A stretch of DNA of 64,000 nt from a virus (taxonomy: Duplodnaviria > Caudoviricetes): IMG/VR virus record IMGVR_UViG_3300017788_000020, positions 565-64,564 of that record. One strand, 5' to 3'. Under the pieces are notes generated by a model. The model searched no databases. It was not told the DNA's origin and saw nothing but the letters and a program-made list of their open reading frames with translations. Positions within the stretch are counted from its first letter, which is position 1; each line of letters begins with the position of its first letter. Position numbers and translations under genes: made by a program. Positions 29,001 to 39,027 of the stretch are shown here, in pieces.

Positions 29001-29722
29001 CGTCCTCAACAACCTCAGAATGGACGTATCACGACGGCTACCTTGTGCGGCTGGTTCAACGTTCCGGAACGAGTTGGGATGTTTACCGCTACGACGGCGC
29101 TGCGCACCGACTGTATGACGTTGGAACAGTCGGATACAAGCAAACAAACGCCGTAGGTACATCGGCCAATTTCCCGCAGCTTCTCATAAGTGGCGGCATT
29201 ATCGTACTGCAGCCAGCCAAGTTGTACGGAAATCCGTCTAACCGCCAGGAGATGCGCGGTACACTTGCACAATTCGGGGCGCCAGGACAAGGCGTCGCCC
29301 TCAGCTCGTCTTCGCCACAAGGTGTAGGTGAAGGTTACCTACAGCAACAGACGGCGCTTTCCGTGTCAGGGACTGCGCAGCTGGCGTGGGTATCTGCTAT
29401 GGTACAGGTCGGCACAGAGATGGTCGTGACCGGTAACCTAGCTAAGGTCGGGACGCGCACGCACCTTCGTGTAGAACCGTCCGGCTATCTACGCTACGAT
29501 GACCCGAGTACGCAGATCCATTACGGGGCGTCCGGCCACGCGCACACAATAGACAACACACAGGATATCCAACTCGATAATCCTCTTCCACGTGTGCGAA
29601 GTACGCTGCTAGCTCATTATCCGCCTAAACGACTGCCTGTAGGACACGGTCACGGCTTCTTAGGTGACATATCCTATACAATGCCTGCAGCATACCTATT
29701 CACTTTGTGCGAGAAGCTGTGA
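26048..29722 (+). CDS. large tail collar-domain protein
   Basis: PKGVVMLYTGGTCPAGY...HAH...HGH...FTLCEKL. Confidence 0.65.
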   Translation: MNQLTLFNTKLPLTLNGNFTQGLSGWFGSYIRHGVTAPINEFTPAYFATLFSGEPADYLDTIPPGINQFIDLPELYTYPSTRKVYNLTMRVVAPDQAVLSINPSTVFSTGAQATLETHPFVFKGDGEVGVAQGTLVTLSAAIEAYSGAARCAKPVAIKVANQIVDYVLPVVLVQRTIAPILSDKSFAAVTLELIGVLPTTGTGTLRFISDEATLNAIKDFARPDGTVGFRIGDTIQLLDSDRAVRVTAVATSLNTSTGPLSYNLSVAPILGLAAPTSASATYRWNVFPVTYTTATYTLDVYKYDYTLALSYEAIEGGAPGLPQIQFRQTESDTIRGIGEEIPATTITAEEQATVTIPLPNSTWNRRITYLTKEFTKPVRGRALLNIPPSGFTGFILGEPVQVLSVAYDAVMARARIRYRELGESGNPISALTYSQATSTLTIVGTPSVPLNLVPGQAIYLTGKMLGMPQWLRVPISDRRALLVLSYDLGTNTATALLATPHTDQPSLTGLLDSTLRVSETAARQVQLRFDATGEWQLRLQTPASGAPVTWAAPLYNRNSRIAATPVIESVDTFVSAVLYVDVDWPAEPPTNPITINLTDGTVVGLATSSDNVCQIADVALWRGYHIHRMNSSDTADLLTTNLGTNVSIDPLLSRVDPIGDIVPKGVVMLYTGGTCPAGYKPVDNFADAEPSTQGFWKQPTMPWPDVVTYNATTDTTTLQWPFLRFNQTNPDGSLILKNTDVRYLELPLVDINPATGERLTRQVTIKQAKQLVEPGMFLSVDEEEYVEGRSTLVDSDGDMTALDLYGPVAANRASFLITNLTLTASTDTIEAPSTQPVRFGDNTPSLFGGGFGHISYPSVDSAVFVPRPVSASLSHDIGNSLPNVPTAGPLMPRQTNVFPGARPYAYLVINTLEDVNGLGQGKYRCQRLQFANQPNPPLAVPVTGTNLTADVTANDDVFGALGTDRPESIRTGDVFFARIYFHLATSSTTSEWTYHDGYLVRLVQRSGTSWDVYRYDGAAHRLYDVGTVGYKQTNAVGTSANFPQLLISGGIIVLQPAKLYGNPSNRQEMRGTLAQFGAPGQGVALSSSSPQGVGEGYLQQQTALSVSGTAQLAWVSAMVQVGTEMVVTGNLAKVGTRTHLRVEPSGYLRYDDPSTQIHYGASGHAHTIDNTQDIQLDNPLPRVRSTLLAHYPPKRLPVGHGHGFLGDISYTMPAAYLFTLCEKL

Positions 29723-30801
29723 TGGTTAACTTCCATAATCTATTTACGCCGTTAGATGGTCGCCTCAACCTTGTTAACAACGGCGGGTTTACGGCCACGA
29801 CTGAGCGGTTCCAGCCGCGAGTAAACACCGCGGCCGGCCGCATACCTGCGACAACGGATCTAGTCGATGTGAGCGTCTACAGGCAGCATAGTACAGGCTT
29901 TGTTGTTCCGGATAATCAGTTTTTAGGCGCCTGGTCTTTTTCAGGAGCACGGTGCGCGGCTACAGTAAATCCATCCGACGTTAAAGGTAATGCGATAACG
30001 TCCCCTGATGGAGGTCATATGCTGAAGCTCAGTTTTATTGAAAACGGCGAGCTTGTTATGGAGCAGGTTTTTGACGATCTGAAGCGGTTCGAAGGTGTCA
30101 CGTTGTCGATAGCCTGCTCCGGTATGCACATCGAAGGCTCTCCTGTAGTCAAGCTCATGGTGGCCATAAATGGTGACGACATCAATGTCACCACGGTCTC
30201 GGCTGCTGCATTAGGAAACCACAGGCGTTTTGGTGATTACATCAAGTTGCCAGATAGCTTGACGGGATTTTCGCTAAAAATAAAGATTGTGGGTAATTTA
30301 GGCGAAGAGCTCTGTCTTGGTGGCGTGTGTGCCGTTATGGGCCACAGTACAAAAATTCCGCCGTATACATCGTCCTTACTTGACAGGGTGCTGCCACCGG
30401 GTATAGTATTTATGGTAGAAGGCACTACCTGCCCTCCGGGGTTTTCGCCCCTTCCGGAGCCCCGTATGGCGCTTGTCTCTGGGACCAAGAACATACAGCA
30501 TGTTGAACATACCGCCACCACGGTGCTAGGTTTCGATACGCATGATCATAGTACAGAACGCGTAGACGCTATTCGCAAACCTGTGGCAACATTATCTGAA
30601 ACCACGGCGCCCTTGGCGCCTACACAGACCAAACTCGTGATGGGCGCGGACTTTCATAGGTACCCAGCTACTGTAGCCTTTGCGCCATACACAGGCGAGC
30701 TACCTGTGACTGTGCTAGGACCGAACCATACCCATAAATTACAGACACAGATGCCGCACATACCACCAGTGTTTCCCATCACGTACTGTGTTAAGTTATG
30801 A
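29722..30801 (+). CDS. tail collar-domain protein with CBM-like N-terminus
   Basis: NLVNNGGF; PPGIVFMVEGTTCPPGF...HTH...ITYCVKL. Confidence 0.65.
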   Translation: MVNFHNLFTPLDGRLNLVNNGGFTATTERFQPRVNTAAGRIPATTDLVDVSVYRQHSTGFVVPDNQFLGAWSFSGARCAATVNPSDVKGNAITSPDGGHMLKLSFIENGELVMEQVFDDLKRFEGVTLSIACSGMHIEGSPVVKLMVAINGDDINVTTVSAAALGNHRRFGDYIKLPDSLTGFSLKIKIVGNLGEELCLGGVCAVMGHSTKIPPYTSSLLDRVLPPGIVFMVEGTTCPPGFSPLPEPRMALVSGTKNIQHVEHTATTVLGFDTHDHSTERVDAIRKPVATLSETTAPLAPTQTKLVMGADFHRYPATVAFAPYTGELPVTVLGPNHTHKLQTQMPHIPPVFPITYCVKL

Positions 30802-31217
30802 ACCTAGAACCTGATCACATCTATCAGCGACTACACGATGCCGGTATTCACGGGATTGATGCCGGCTACAGAAAATTCACCTTCGTGTTCAAACGCACAC
30901 TCACCTACAAAGGTGATAAATGCTTCGGACTGACTGACTGGGATCGCGGCGAAATAGCATTCGCCACAACACAAGCTAAAGATGATGCGCGCGAGACGTT
31001 GGTACATGAGCTTATGCATGTAGTACTAGACCTTGTCGGTCTAGGCGGACACGAACAAACAGGCATAATAACCCGACGGACTAACGAGGAATTAGTTACA
31101 CTAATATCCAGAGGGTTGTTGTTGCTAATGAATCTCAACCCCCGGCTATTCTCAATCATCGATGAGCAATCCCAGACCAGACCGACGGCGCCGGACGGCG
31201 ACACAGTATCACTTTAA
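30798..31217 (+). CDS. small HExxH metallopeptidase-like protein
   Basis: FGLTD...ETLVHELMH...NEE. Confidence 0.7.
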   Translation: MNLEPDHIYQRLHDAGIHGIDAGYRKFTFVFKRTLTYKGDKCFGLTDWDRGEIAFATTQAKDDARETLVHELMHVVLDLVGLGGHEQTGIITRRTNEELVTLISRGLLLLMNLNPRLFSIIDEQSQTRPTAPDGDTVSL

Positions 31218-31383
31218 GTGCGAAGACTGTTTGGCGCGCTTCGCCTTACACGCAAAAAAAGGGCTGCAAAACCCTTACCCAGTTGATCCCGATATGCCTG
31301 CGGTAGAGAATGCGGTCCTCTGCCCGCGCTGCCGCCGAGAGCAGGACGAGTTGTTCGATACGCTTGTACGTACAGCAGAGTGA
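31162..31383 (+). CDS. small Zn-ribbon protein
   Basis: CEDC...CPRC. Confidence 0.55.
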   Translation: MSNPRPDRRRRTATQYHFKCEDCLARFALHAKKGLQNPYPVDPDMPAVENAVLCPRCRREQDELFDTLVRTAE

Positions 31384-31649
31384 TGCACAGCATATTCTTT
31401 TATCGGAGTGACTGCGTGCTCTGTAATCGAGCCATCATGGAGGTGGCTCCTTTTTTTGCTAAATTAGGTAAACCATTGCTGATAAGCAAACTGACAGATA
31501 ACTATTTCTTCATACCCGGTTTACCTGCCCTAATTGTTCGTGGCGACGTGTTCAATACCGAGCAAGAGATAATAATCCTTGGCTCTAGGATGGCTGATCA
31601 GCTACATGTGCTTTTATCGGCTAAAAATCAAGCCTGTGTGCAGACTTAA
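31380..31649 (+). CDS. thioredoxin/glutaredoxin-like protein
   Basis: FFYRSDCVLC (CxxC) and cis-Pro motif GLPAL. Confidence 0.6.
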   Translation: MMHSIFFYRSDCVLCNRAIMEVAPFFAKLGKPLLISKLTDNYFFIPGLPALIVRGDVFNTEQEIIILGSRMADQLHVLLSAKNQACVQT

Positions 31650-31720
31650 TTTTTAGCTATCACGGATCAGCCGTTACGGCTAGGCGCACACTTTGTAGTA
31701 CCAGCCCATACACTATATGT

Positions 31721-32119
31721 ATGGGTTGTCCATGTGCCGTAACTGCTGCGGAATTTCCGCTGACCATAATTCGAGGTGACACTGTGCGTTGGTGTTTTAC
31801 GTTCAGCGATACTGCTGGAGCGGCAATCAATACAGGCGGCTGGCACGTGTGGCTCATTCTGCGGAAAGCGGCGGATACACGCTACGAAGACGCCTTTAAA
31901 TTACGACTTATCGTACCAAATACGCCAGAGGCCGTCAGCGGAAGCGTCGTCCTGACAATTCACTCATCTGACACAGCTACGTTGGTGCCCGGTAAATATC
32001 TGTACGAATTTAAACGCGTACTTCCCGGAGTAATGCCTAAAGATGTTTGGACATTCAAGTTCGACACAAAACCGGCGATGATGGTTACCGACACTGTTGT
32101 TATCCCCGATGACGTATGA
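31721..32119 (+). CDS. BppU N-terminal-like baseplate domain protein
   Basis: IIRGDT...DTATLVPGKYLYE; TACACT at 31709-31714. Confidence 0.65.
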   Translation: MGCPCAVTAAEFPLTIIRGDTVRWCFTFSDTAGAAINTGGWHVWLILRKAADTRYEDAFKLRLIVPNTPEAVSGSVVLTIHSSDTATLVPGKYLYEFKRVLPGVMPKDVWTFKFDTKPAMMVTDTVVIPDDV

Positions 32120-32125
32120 TCTCAG

Positions 32126-32845
32126 ATGTCATGCAACTGTACACCCATTCTCACGGAGTTCCCTTCAACGTTTGTTAGAGGTGACACGGTACGTTTTGCT
32201 GTTTGCTTTAAAGATGGTACAACGCCCGTAGATATACGAGGATGGGAACTGTGGTTTATTCTGCGTGACCGCCTAGTTGCTGACTTCGGCGAGGTGTTTA
32301 AGGTCAAATATGTTGCGCCGTCAGACGAGCTTGCGCAAGCAGGTACGGCTGTGTTGACGGTACATGCCGCAGATACAGCACGGCTTTTACCAGGAAAATA
32401 TTTCTTTGAGCTCAAACGCGTACTCACTAACACACAGCCGACCGATGTTTGGACATTTGCGTTTGATACTAAGCCTACGGTAGTTGTGCACAGTGGTACC
32501 GTGCTGTTTGAGAAGGCGACCGACCCCGTACACGCGCACGCTAGCGCGCTGCAAGGTCCGCAAGGTCCTCAAGGCATTCCCGGTGCGACCGGTATGTCTG
32601 CTTATCAAATATGGTTAAGCCTCGGTAACGCGGGGTCTGAGCAAGACTTTATAGCGTCACTCGGCGGTGGCGGAGCTGCTGACAGTCTTGTGGCACTAGA
32701 TCTTGAGGCCACACAATGGTATTGCCGCTACGCCTCTAAAATCGTTCGCATAGATCACACCACCGCACCTCCCACAAAAACACAGTACGTAGCTCAGATC
32801 ACAGACGTGCTGTGGGCTGCGAGGCAGGCTTTACCGTATCTATAA
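32126..32845 (+). CDS. BppU-like domain + collagen-like repeat protein (paralog of upstream gene)
   Basis: VRGDT...PGKYFFE; GPQGPQGIPG; GMSAYQIWLSLGNAGSEQDF. Confidence 0.7.
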   Translation: MSCNCTPILTEFPSTFVRGDTVRFAVCFKDGTTPVDIRGWELWFILRDRLVADFGEVFKVKYVAPSDELAQAGTAVLTVHAADTARLLPGKYFFELKRVLTNTQPTDVWTFAFDTKPTVVVHSGTVLFEKATDPVHAHASALQGPQGPQGIPGATGMSAYQIWLSLGNAGSEQDFIASLGGGGAADSLVALDLEATQWYCRYASKIVRIDHTTAPPTKTQYVAQITDVLWAARQALPYL

Positions 32846-32874
32846 TATAGATATAGGCTCTCCCACACATCGCC

Positions 32875-34302
32875 ATGGCATTAATCACAGACCCAGACCT
32901 CCTCGCAGATAGCGCAACGGACAACGGTTCGGCTGAGGTATTCATAAATACCACAGCTAAGACGATCAAGCTGGTGACGACAGGTGACTTATCGACAGAT
33001 GGTGTCACCTTGAAATGTCTTTATTCTTTCTTAAAAGAAGCGTGGCGTAACGACCCGCACACAAAAAACTTACCAGCCTTCGCTTTCCCGATGGTTCCGA
33101 TCACGGATGAGTCGTTCGAATTTGTCGACGGATGGAATCTCGCGAACGCCGGCTCTCGCAACCTGATACGTACAGCAGGCTGGACCGTACGTAATGTGTC
33201 CGGCGCCGTAACAGAGCAGTGGGCGGGTATCGTATCCCTGGGTACTGTAGGCGAGGCAGATCAGCCGTACTATAACCAAGGCCAGGGTAAGGTGAACTTT
33301 GTGTTGCCAGATCGCGTGAATCAAGCGGTACAGATTTACTCAGACCCCAACGGCGACGGTAATACGGCCGACGGTTTCAACAGACGTACCGTGTTTACCA
33401 TATACGTGCGTGAGCAGGGTAAATTATTCGGTTCCACCACTATCGACGATATCGGTGTCACCGAGATGGCACCTATCGCGTATAGATTCCCGCTCACATC
33501 ATCCACCGACTTAAAGGTCACACACGCCGATGTCGACATAGACGCCAACTCGGATGGGACCGCGGACGTAGCGCCGTATTCTGGTATGAGTATTACGTAC
33601 CACGCCACGCCGCAGGTCCGTAACATTGGCGGCGTAAACTATAACTTTGGTGTTATAATTGATGGGAACAGCGGCACAGCAGAGCAGATTTACGAGTTTG
33701 TGCAATGGTCGCTCCGTCAATCAACCGACATCGACGATGATAGCTCGGTGAAGATAGGTAATGTTCAGCCACGTCTGTTGCAATTCATCGGCGATACGCT
33801 ACGAGCCGCTACTTCAGGCAACGAAGACGGCGGCGGAACCGGTGTCTATATAGACAATTTCGCACCAGCTGATGTCAACCGTTTAGTATTTGTGGACAAC
33901 ACTGGTGCGGAGCGCACTTTCCCAAGAAAGGCCACGGTTACTATACAATTTGGCGCAAACTTAGTGGCTGACCCTGACGCGAAATATTGGTTATACTTCA
34001 CAGATCCCGACGAGACGCCTGATGGTGATGAATGGGGCACGGCCGGTGGACTACTTGTTCCCGTGGACGGGGGCGGCTCGATGACCGGTAATGTCAGCGG
34101 TAGTGCAAGCGTACAATTAATATACGACTATGACGGCGATACCACTGGCGGCCGCACACCAGGTACCGACGTCCCTATCATAGCGGTCGCTATCGGTCTG
34201 TCGACAGGGCAATACGTGCGCGCCTCCGGTACGGTCCAATTCCCGTCCAGTGTTATATCGTTAGTTGCTCCGCTAGAACGTAACTACGCAAACCCTGCGT
34301 GA
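32875..34302 (+). CDS. virion structural protein
   Basis: Acidic/Gly-rich 475 aa; C-terminus LERNYANP; TATAAT at 32841-32846. Confidence 0.65.
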   Translation: MALITDPDLLADSATDNGSAEVFINTTAKTIKLVTTGDLSTDGVTLKCLYSFLKEAWRNDPHTKNLPAFAFPMVPITDESFEFVDGWNLANAGSRNLIRTAGWTVRNVSGAVTEQWAGIVSLGTVGEADQPYYNQGQGKVNFVLPDRVNQAVQIYSDPNGDGNTADGFNRRTVFTIYVREQGKLFGSTTIDDIGVTEMAPIAYRFPLTSSTDLKVTHADVDIDANSDGTADVAPYSGMSITYHATPQVRNIGGVNYNFGVIIDGNSGTAEQIYEFVQWSLRQSTDIDDDSSVKIGNVQPRLLQFIGDTLRAATSGNEDGGGTGVYIDNFAPADVNRLVFVDNTGAERTFPRKATVTIQFGANLVADPDAKYWLYFTDPDETPDGDEWGTAGGLLVPVDGGGSMTGNVSGSASVQLIYDYDGDTTGGRTPGTDVPIIAVAIGLSTGQYVRASGTVQFPSSVISLVAPLERNYANPA

Positions 34303-34312
34303 TCGGTAACCC

Positions 34313-37108
34313 ATGACAGCCTACACAATTAACTCAGGCGCTGTCGTTAATTTTGACACACTCACATCGCCTAGCGTGAACGCCACGCTAGACACGTTCA
34401 CTGTCAGCAACAACAGCACGTTACTGATAGACACGGACACATTCCAATGCGCAAACCACTCGCTCGCAGGCGGGTCGCTAGATACGGTAGCGTTTGCGCA
34501 GACCGGCGGGATTGTCCGCATTGACGGTACCAACGTGTGGATAATCCCGTACACGGGAGGTACAGGCAACGCTCCGGCTATTGGACAGACTATCACACAA
34601 ACAGGTCGTACAGCTACCGGCTATTTTTTAGGTATATGGGAAACGTTTCAGACTGCGCCTACTGCAGTAGGCGCGGCTATACCATCTACCGGCTGGATAA
34701 AGATACGCGCGTTTTCCGGCGAAGACTTTGTAGACGCGGCCGCTATACAAGCTAACGGTGTCACTATCGCCACAGGAGCGGGTACGCAGCGCCGCGGGTG
34801 GATAGAGGTACGAGGTGCGGACACCGCTACCATCACAGTACCGCGCGTTGGTCGATTCGAGGTTGTAGGCGATTGGTTAGATCTGGGCACGACATCAGGT
34901 ACGCGCGGGCAAGTACTGCTTTGTCCGACAGCGGAAACAGTCGACGGCGTACTACCTGGTGTCCAGATAGAGACCGCACCCGACTCGAACGTATATGAGT
35001 GGTATCGCGGCAACGGTACCGCACCAGCTGATGCCAACACGCCTACTGATAGCTTTCGAGGAAAAATAGTGCGGCAAACGACTGCGGGTATCCGCATAGG
35101 TAACGACGGTACTAACGATGTCGGTTATTTACCGCCGGCTGGGTGCCGGGTGCGTATACCAAATGTTTTTCTGACCTGTTGTACACGCACAGTCGGGCAA
35201 GGTTCTGGACCGCGCGTACTCCCAAACGCGACCTTAGCGACGCGTCAAGAATTCGTGACGACCAACGCAGGTGAAGTAGCGCTAGACAAGTGCGTAGTGC
35301 TGTGGTACGCCAACTTCCAGCAAGCATTCAACACGGACATTGTTGACACAGCTATTGCGACGATATTGACTATTGGCGAGCAATCGGAAGCGCTTAATAT
35401 ACAAAACACGATAGTTGGTGTGACTCAGCAACAGTTAGCTATACCGCTGACCCTAGTTTCGTGTTTTTCCGGGGGCACAATAAGTGATTCAATGTTTGTG
35501 CGTTACAGCCTAGCTACTGGTGGCTATGCAGCATCCCTATCGTCCGTGAACGATCTCACGTTCTTTGATTGTGCGTTTGTTTCTGTGCTCAATAGAGCAC
35601 ACGCCACAACAGGCGCCGTCACAACAACCAGAACAAATAACTGCCGTTGGCATAACACAAACGTTATCGCTGCCGGTAGGTTTCTGCACACAGCCTGCTC
35701 AAAAGTGCAGCATACAGGTACGCTCAGTTACGCAGATGTTATAACAGGCACGACGACGTCATCTCTAGGTGTGTATATTTGCGTATTGACGAACACCGAG
35801 GCCGTTCGCTGGTACGCGGATATACAATTTCCTGTAGCAAATACGCATCCGTATCTTGGATTATTTAATACAGCCGGCGCCAACGACTCACTATTTACAG
35901 GTATAGGCACATACAGTACACCGTTGGTGCTAGGCACGGTGCAGACGAGTGGTCTCATATGGGTTAGCGGCGGCAACAACAACAATCTACGACTCAAGCG
36001 TATTTATGTAAACAACACACGCACAGGTACGTGGACCACGGTGAACTCCGATATTAATATCCTATACGAGTCTTGTTACGGCGACTACGCAGATGCGTCA
36101 CAAGTGGCAACGCTAAATAGCGTTGTGTTGGGTTGCGGCGGGACACCGGCCGTAACCGGCCAAGCAGCTGTTTACGGTACCCACTGGCAAAGTTATTTTA
36201 CATCTTCTACAGCAGGCCGTTTGATCATTTCGTGCAACGAGCCGACAGACACGACAGCCGCACAATGCACGCAGCCGACAGGTACCGGTAAGTTCACGTC
36301 AACAGGCCAAGTTATCCTTACAGCGATTGACGACTCTGTTACCTGGACAACCCCTAGACGCTTTACAGGGTTCACGGCGTTCACCAATACCGCACCTACT
36401 ATAACAGGCACGAACGCGACCAACCACGTTTTAGAATACAAGATAAATTTTGGCAGCGGCTGGCCGGATGAGGATGAGTGGCGGACGTTGTATTATACGC
36501 GCACAAGCGGCGGCGGCTCGTCAGGCAGCACTACGGTGACTATGAGTGACACGACCGGCGTGCAGGTCGACTCGTCCGTATTCGGTACAGGTATCGCAGC
36601 TAGCGCCAGAGTAGTATCGGTCGATAACGGCACGAGTATAACAGTGTCCGCAGCAAACACGGGAACCGTGTCGGGTACACTCACGTTTAATAGAATACCC
36701 CAAGAGACTATAACGGATCCCGAGGCAGGTTTTTTACTGCAGGTACGCGCCAGATGTGTCACAGCAAACGTCACGAATGCGCTGACGTTCATACAAATTA
36801 ACGTAACGACAACAACTGAGGTACAAGGTACTACCGTATATCCACTCGAACCGTTGACCATCACGCTGACCGGACTAAAGAATCCCACAGAAGTGCGCGT
36901 GTACGAGTCCGGTACGACAAACGAGCTCACAGGCTCTGAGGAGATCACGACCGGCTCATTTATTTTCGAGGTAGAGGCGGACCAGCTGGTCGACATAGCT
37001 ATACTGGGACTTGGTTACCAAAATATCCGGTTGACAGGCTACTCGTCTCAAGTATCTACATCCATACCTATTCAGCAGCAGGTAGACAGACAATACCTTA
37101 ACCCATGA
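34313..37108 (+). CDS. virion protein with probable beta-helix region (tail spike-like)
   Basis: T/N-rich beta repeats; C-terminus QQQVDRQYLNP. Confidence 0.6.
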   Translation: MTAYTINSGAVVNFDTLTSPSVNATLDTFTVSNNSTLLIDTDTFQCANHSLAGGSLDTVAFAQTGGIVRIDGTNVWIIPYTGGTGNAPAIGQTITQTGRTATGYFLGIWETFQTAPTAVGAAIPSTGWIKIRAFSGEDFVDAAAIQANGVTIATGAGTQRRGWIEVRGADTATITVPRVGRFEVVGDWLDLGTTSGTRGQVLLCPTAETVDGVLPGVQIETAPDSNVYEWYRGNGTAPADANTPTDSFRGKIVRQTTAGIRIGNDGTNDVGYLPPAGCRVRIPNVFLTCCTRTVGQGSGPRVLPNATLATRQEFVTTNAGEVALDKCVVLWYANFQQAFNTDIVDTAIATILTIGEQSEALNIQNTIVGVTQQQLAIPLTLVSCFSGGTISDSMFVRYSLATGGYAASLSSVNDLTFFDCAFVSVLNRAHATTGAVTTTRTNNCRWHNTNVIAAGRFLHTACSKVQHTGTLSYADVITGTTTSSLGVYICVLTNTEAVRWYADIQFPVANTHPYLGLFNTAGANDSLFTGIGTYSTPLVLGTVQTSGLIWVSGGNNNNLRLKRIYVNNTRTGTWTTVNSDINILYESCYGDYADASQVATLNSVVLGCGGTPAVTGQAAVYGTHWQSYFTSSTAGRLIISCNEPTDTTAAQCTQPTGTGKFTSTGQVILTAIDDSVTWTTPRRFTGFTAFTNTAPTITGTNATNHVLEYKINFGSGWPDEDEWRTLYYTRTSGGGSSGSTTVTMSDTTGVQVDSSVFGTGIAASARVVSVDNGTSITVSAANTGTVSGTLTFNRIPQETITDPEAGFLLQVRARCVTANVTNALTFIQINVTTTTEVQGTTVYPLEPLTITLTGLKNPTEVRVYESGTTNELTGSEEITTGSFIFEVEADQLVDIAILGLGYQNIRLTGYSSQVSTSIPIQQQVDRQYLNP

Positions 37109-37641
37109 TCGCGTTTGATAGCGAAAACAGTTTGATCATTCTAGGTCCGGGTACAACATCGGTGACCGCCGGATACATGTATTCGGCCTGGAAAAACTGG
37201 ATGCGCGAAGGGACTAATTCTAAATTTCTTCCTGCGTTTGCGCCATCTGTAGGCGGTGAGCCGCTGGGCGGCGGGCTGTCTGTAGGCGCCTACTTTTTCC
37301 TACAAAACGGATGGCGTATCCGGCCGCAAGAAGCAAATCACGTATTAAACATATCAGGTAATCTATTCCCTATTCCCGACACCGCCGCGCTGATTGCCCC
37401 AACGGTCGGGAACTTCAATGTGACCGTGTTATTCTCGCGCTCATCTATCGCTACTATTGTGACGACTGGTTCGGTGGCACAAGAAGACATAACCACGATA
37501 AAGCAGGCGGTAATCGATCGCCTAGATGTACCTATATCGTCTAGGTTAGGTGAGGATACACTAATAACAGGAGCAAAAACGCCAGGTACTGTCGGTAGCG
37601 CGCTGCAAGACATGTCGGCTAGAATAACCGGAGCATTATAA
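37105..37641 (+). CDS. virion structural protein
   Basis: YSAWKNW...VGGEPLGGG...YFFLQNGWRIRP; coupled to the previous two genes. Confidence 0.6.
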   Translation: MIAFDSENSLIILGPGTTSVTAGYMYSAWKNWMREGTNSKFLPAFAPSVGGEPLGGGLSVGAYFFLQNGWRIRPQEANHVLNISGNLFPIPDTAALIAPTVGNFNVTVLFSRSSIATIVTTGSVAQEDITTIKQAVIDRLDVPISSRLGEDTLITGAKTPGTVGSALQDMSARITGAL

Positions 37642-38180
37642 TGACCAATCCTTGCGACAACAGCGGCTTGAATATCCGCGTCAACAGTGCGGTACTTAGC
37701 GGCCAACTAAGTGGCATACCAGGTCCCGCAGGGCCTACAGGCTGTCCTACTTTACAGACTACGGTCAGTATACCGAATGTCAGTGTAGGTAAACACTACA
37801 TAACATATAGCAGGACCGCCGCAGACATAACGTACGTAGTCGCCACACAGGTTGGTGACACGCCGTCTGTGGTTTGGAACATACGTCACGGCGCCAACTA
37901 CAGCGGCATAGGTACCGCGTTATTCGTCTCCAGCCGCACCACAACTAGCGCAGCTTTAGGTAATAAGTTTCCTACAGAGCAGGCGTTCGCTGTTGGTGGC
38001 GCTACAGTCGCAGAAGGCTCCCATATCTGGTTATCTGTAGATTCAGCAGCCGCAGGAACTACCCTCTACTTGACACTATTCTACAAGCCAGAGTGTCTAG
38101 ACATTTTGACAGATAAAGGTATTTTGCTGGAGCAAGCAGACGGTACGGAGCATTTTGTACCTCTACTGAATATAGACTAA
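37641..38180 (+). CDS. virion protein with short collagen motif
   Basis: GIPGPAGPTG; last gene before terminator. Confidence 0.55.
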   Translation: MTNPCDNSGLNIRVNSAVLSGQLSGIPGPAGPTGCPTLQTTVSIPNVSVGKHYITYSRTAADITYVVATQVGDTPSVVWNIRHGANYSGIGTALFVSSRTTTSAALGNKFPTEQAFAVGGATVAEGSHIWLSVDSAAAGTTLYLTLFYKPECLDILTDKGILLEQADGTEHFVPLLNID

Positions 38181-38212
38181 AAAAGAAGCCGCGTAAGCGG
38201 CCTCTTTTTTTT
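38179..38212. terminator. bidirectional intrinsic terminator
   Basis: A-tract, gccgc-gtaa-gcggc stem, T-tract. Confidence 0.8.
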
Positions 38213-38507
38213 AAACGCAGCGTCTGTCGAGAGCTGCCACAAGGCTACTGATTGCAGCCTCTTCGTCGTACGCGGCATTCACCGGTACTTGATACCCCCG
38301 ATCGCGCAACATCTGCGCTACGCGTTCGAGTAGTGTCTGATGTTTATCGCAACCCGCACACAAATGCGTCGGGTCGAAGACACGGGCGTGCGCAGTCGCG
38401 TAGCGTATCTTCTCCTTAATAATCGCTATTTCCACATAGAGGTCATGCAGCGATTCATGTAAGGCGACTACCTCAGACCTGCCTCGTTCAGTGGAACAGT
38501 CAGCCAT
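38211..38507 (-). CDS. hypothetical protein
   Basis: AAGGA RBS; coupled to upstream gene. Confidence 0.6.
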   Translation of the reverse strand: MADCSTERGRSEVVALHESLHDLYVEIAIIKEKIRYATAHARVFDPTHLCAGCDKHQTLLERVAQMLRDRGYQVPVNAAYDEEAAISSLVAALDRRCV

Positions 38508-39027
38508 CCTTCCTTAGCCTTCTCGCGTCGCGAGTTACCTCGCTGTCGAACAACAAGCCACACCAAATGCTCAACCCTCGCTCCGTGATGCGGGGATCCA
38601 GCGGCAGCCAGCTACGAGCGCTGTCCACAGCCTGCGCCCAAGGCGTATGCGCCAGCGTATCCACCAGCTTTAGCCCTTCCTCGGTGAGTAAGTCTTTGAC
38701 AGCTCCACGCCACAGCTGACCACGTACAAGGCCCCGATGGAGGGCCGCACGAGCTGCCGTCACGCGCGGCCCTGCCGCATCCTTTGTGGAACAGAGCAGA
38801 TGCTGCATCAGATGCTGCAGCAGTTGCTGGTATACGGTATTACGTATCACATGCTGCACGTGTTCCCAGCGTGCGACAGTCCGCAGTTTCTTGCGGCTAT
38901 CTACAAACGCAGCAAAGTCTGCGTTAACCGTCAGAGTATCCAGAGGCGCCACCGGGCTACTTGATGCGATCCAATCCCTTCCCACGCGGGGACGGCGATC
39001 ACCTTTTTTTAGTGCGTAGATCTGCAT
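38500..39027 (-). CDS. hypothetical protein
   Basis: ORF in the sigma-like operon. Confidence 0.6.
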   Translation of the reverse strand: MQIYALKKGDRRPRVGRDWIASSSPVAPLDTLTVNADFAAFVDSRKKLRTVARWEHVQHVIRNTVYQQLLQHLMQHLLCSTKDAAGPRVTAARAALHRGLVRGQLWRGAVKDLLTEEGLKLVDTLAHTPWAQAVDSARSWLPLDPRITERGLSIWCGLLFDSEVTRDARRLRKDG

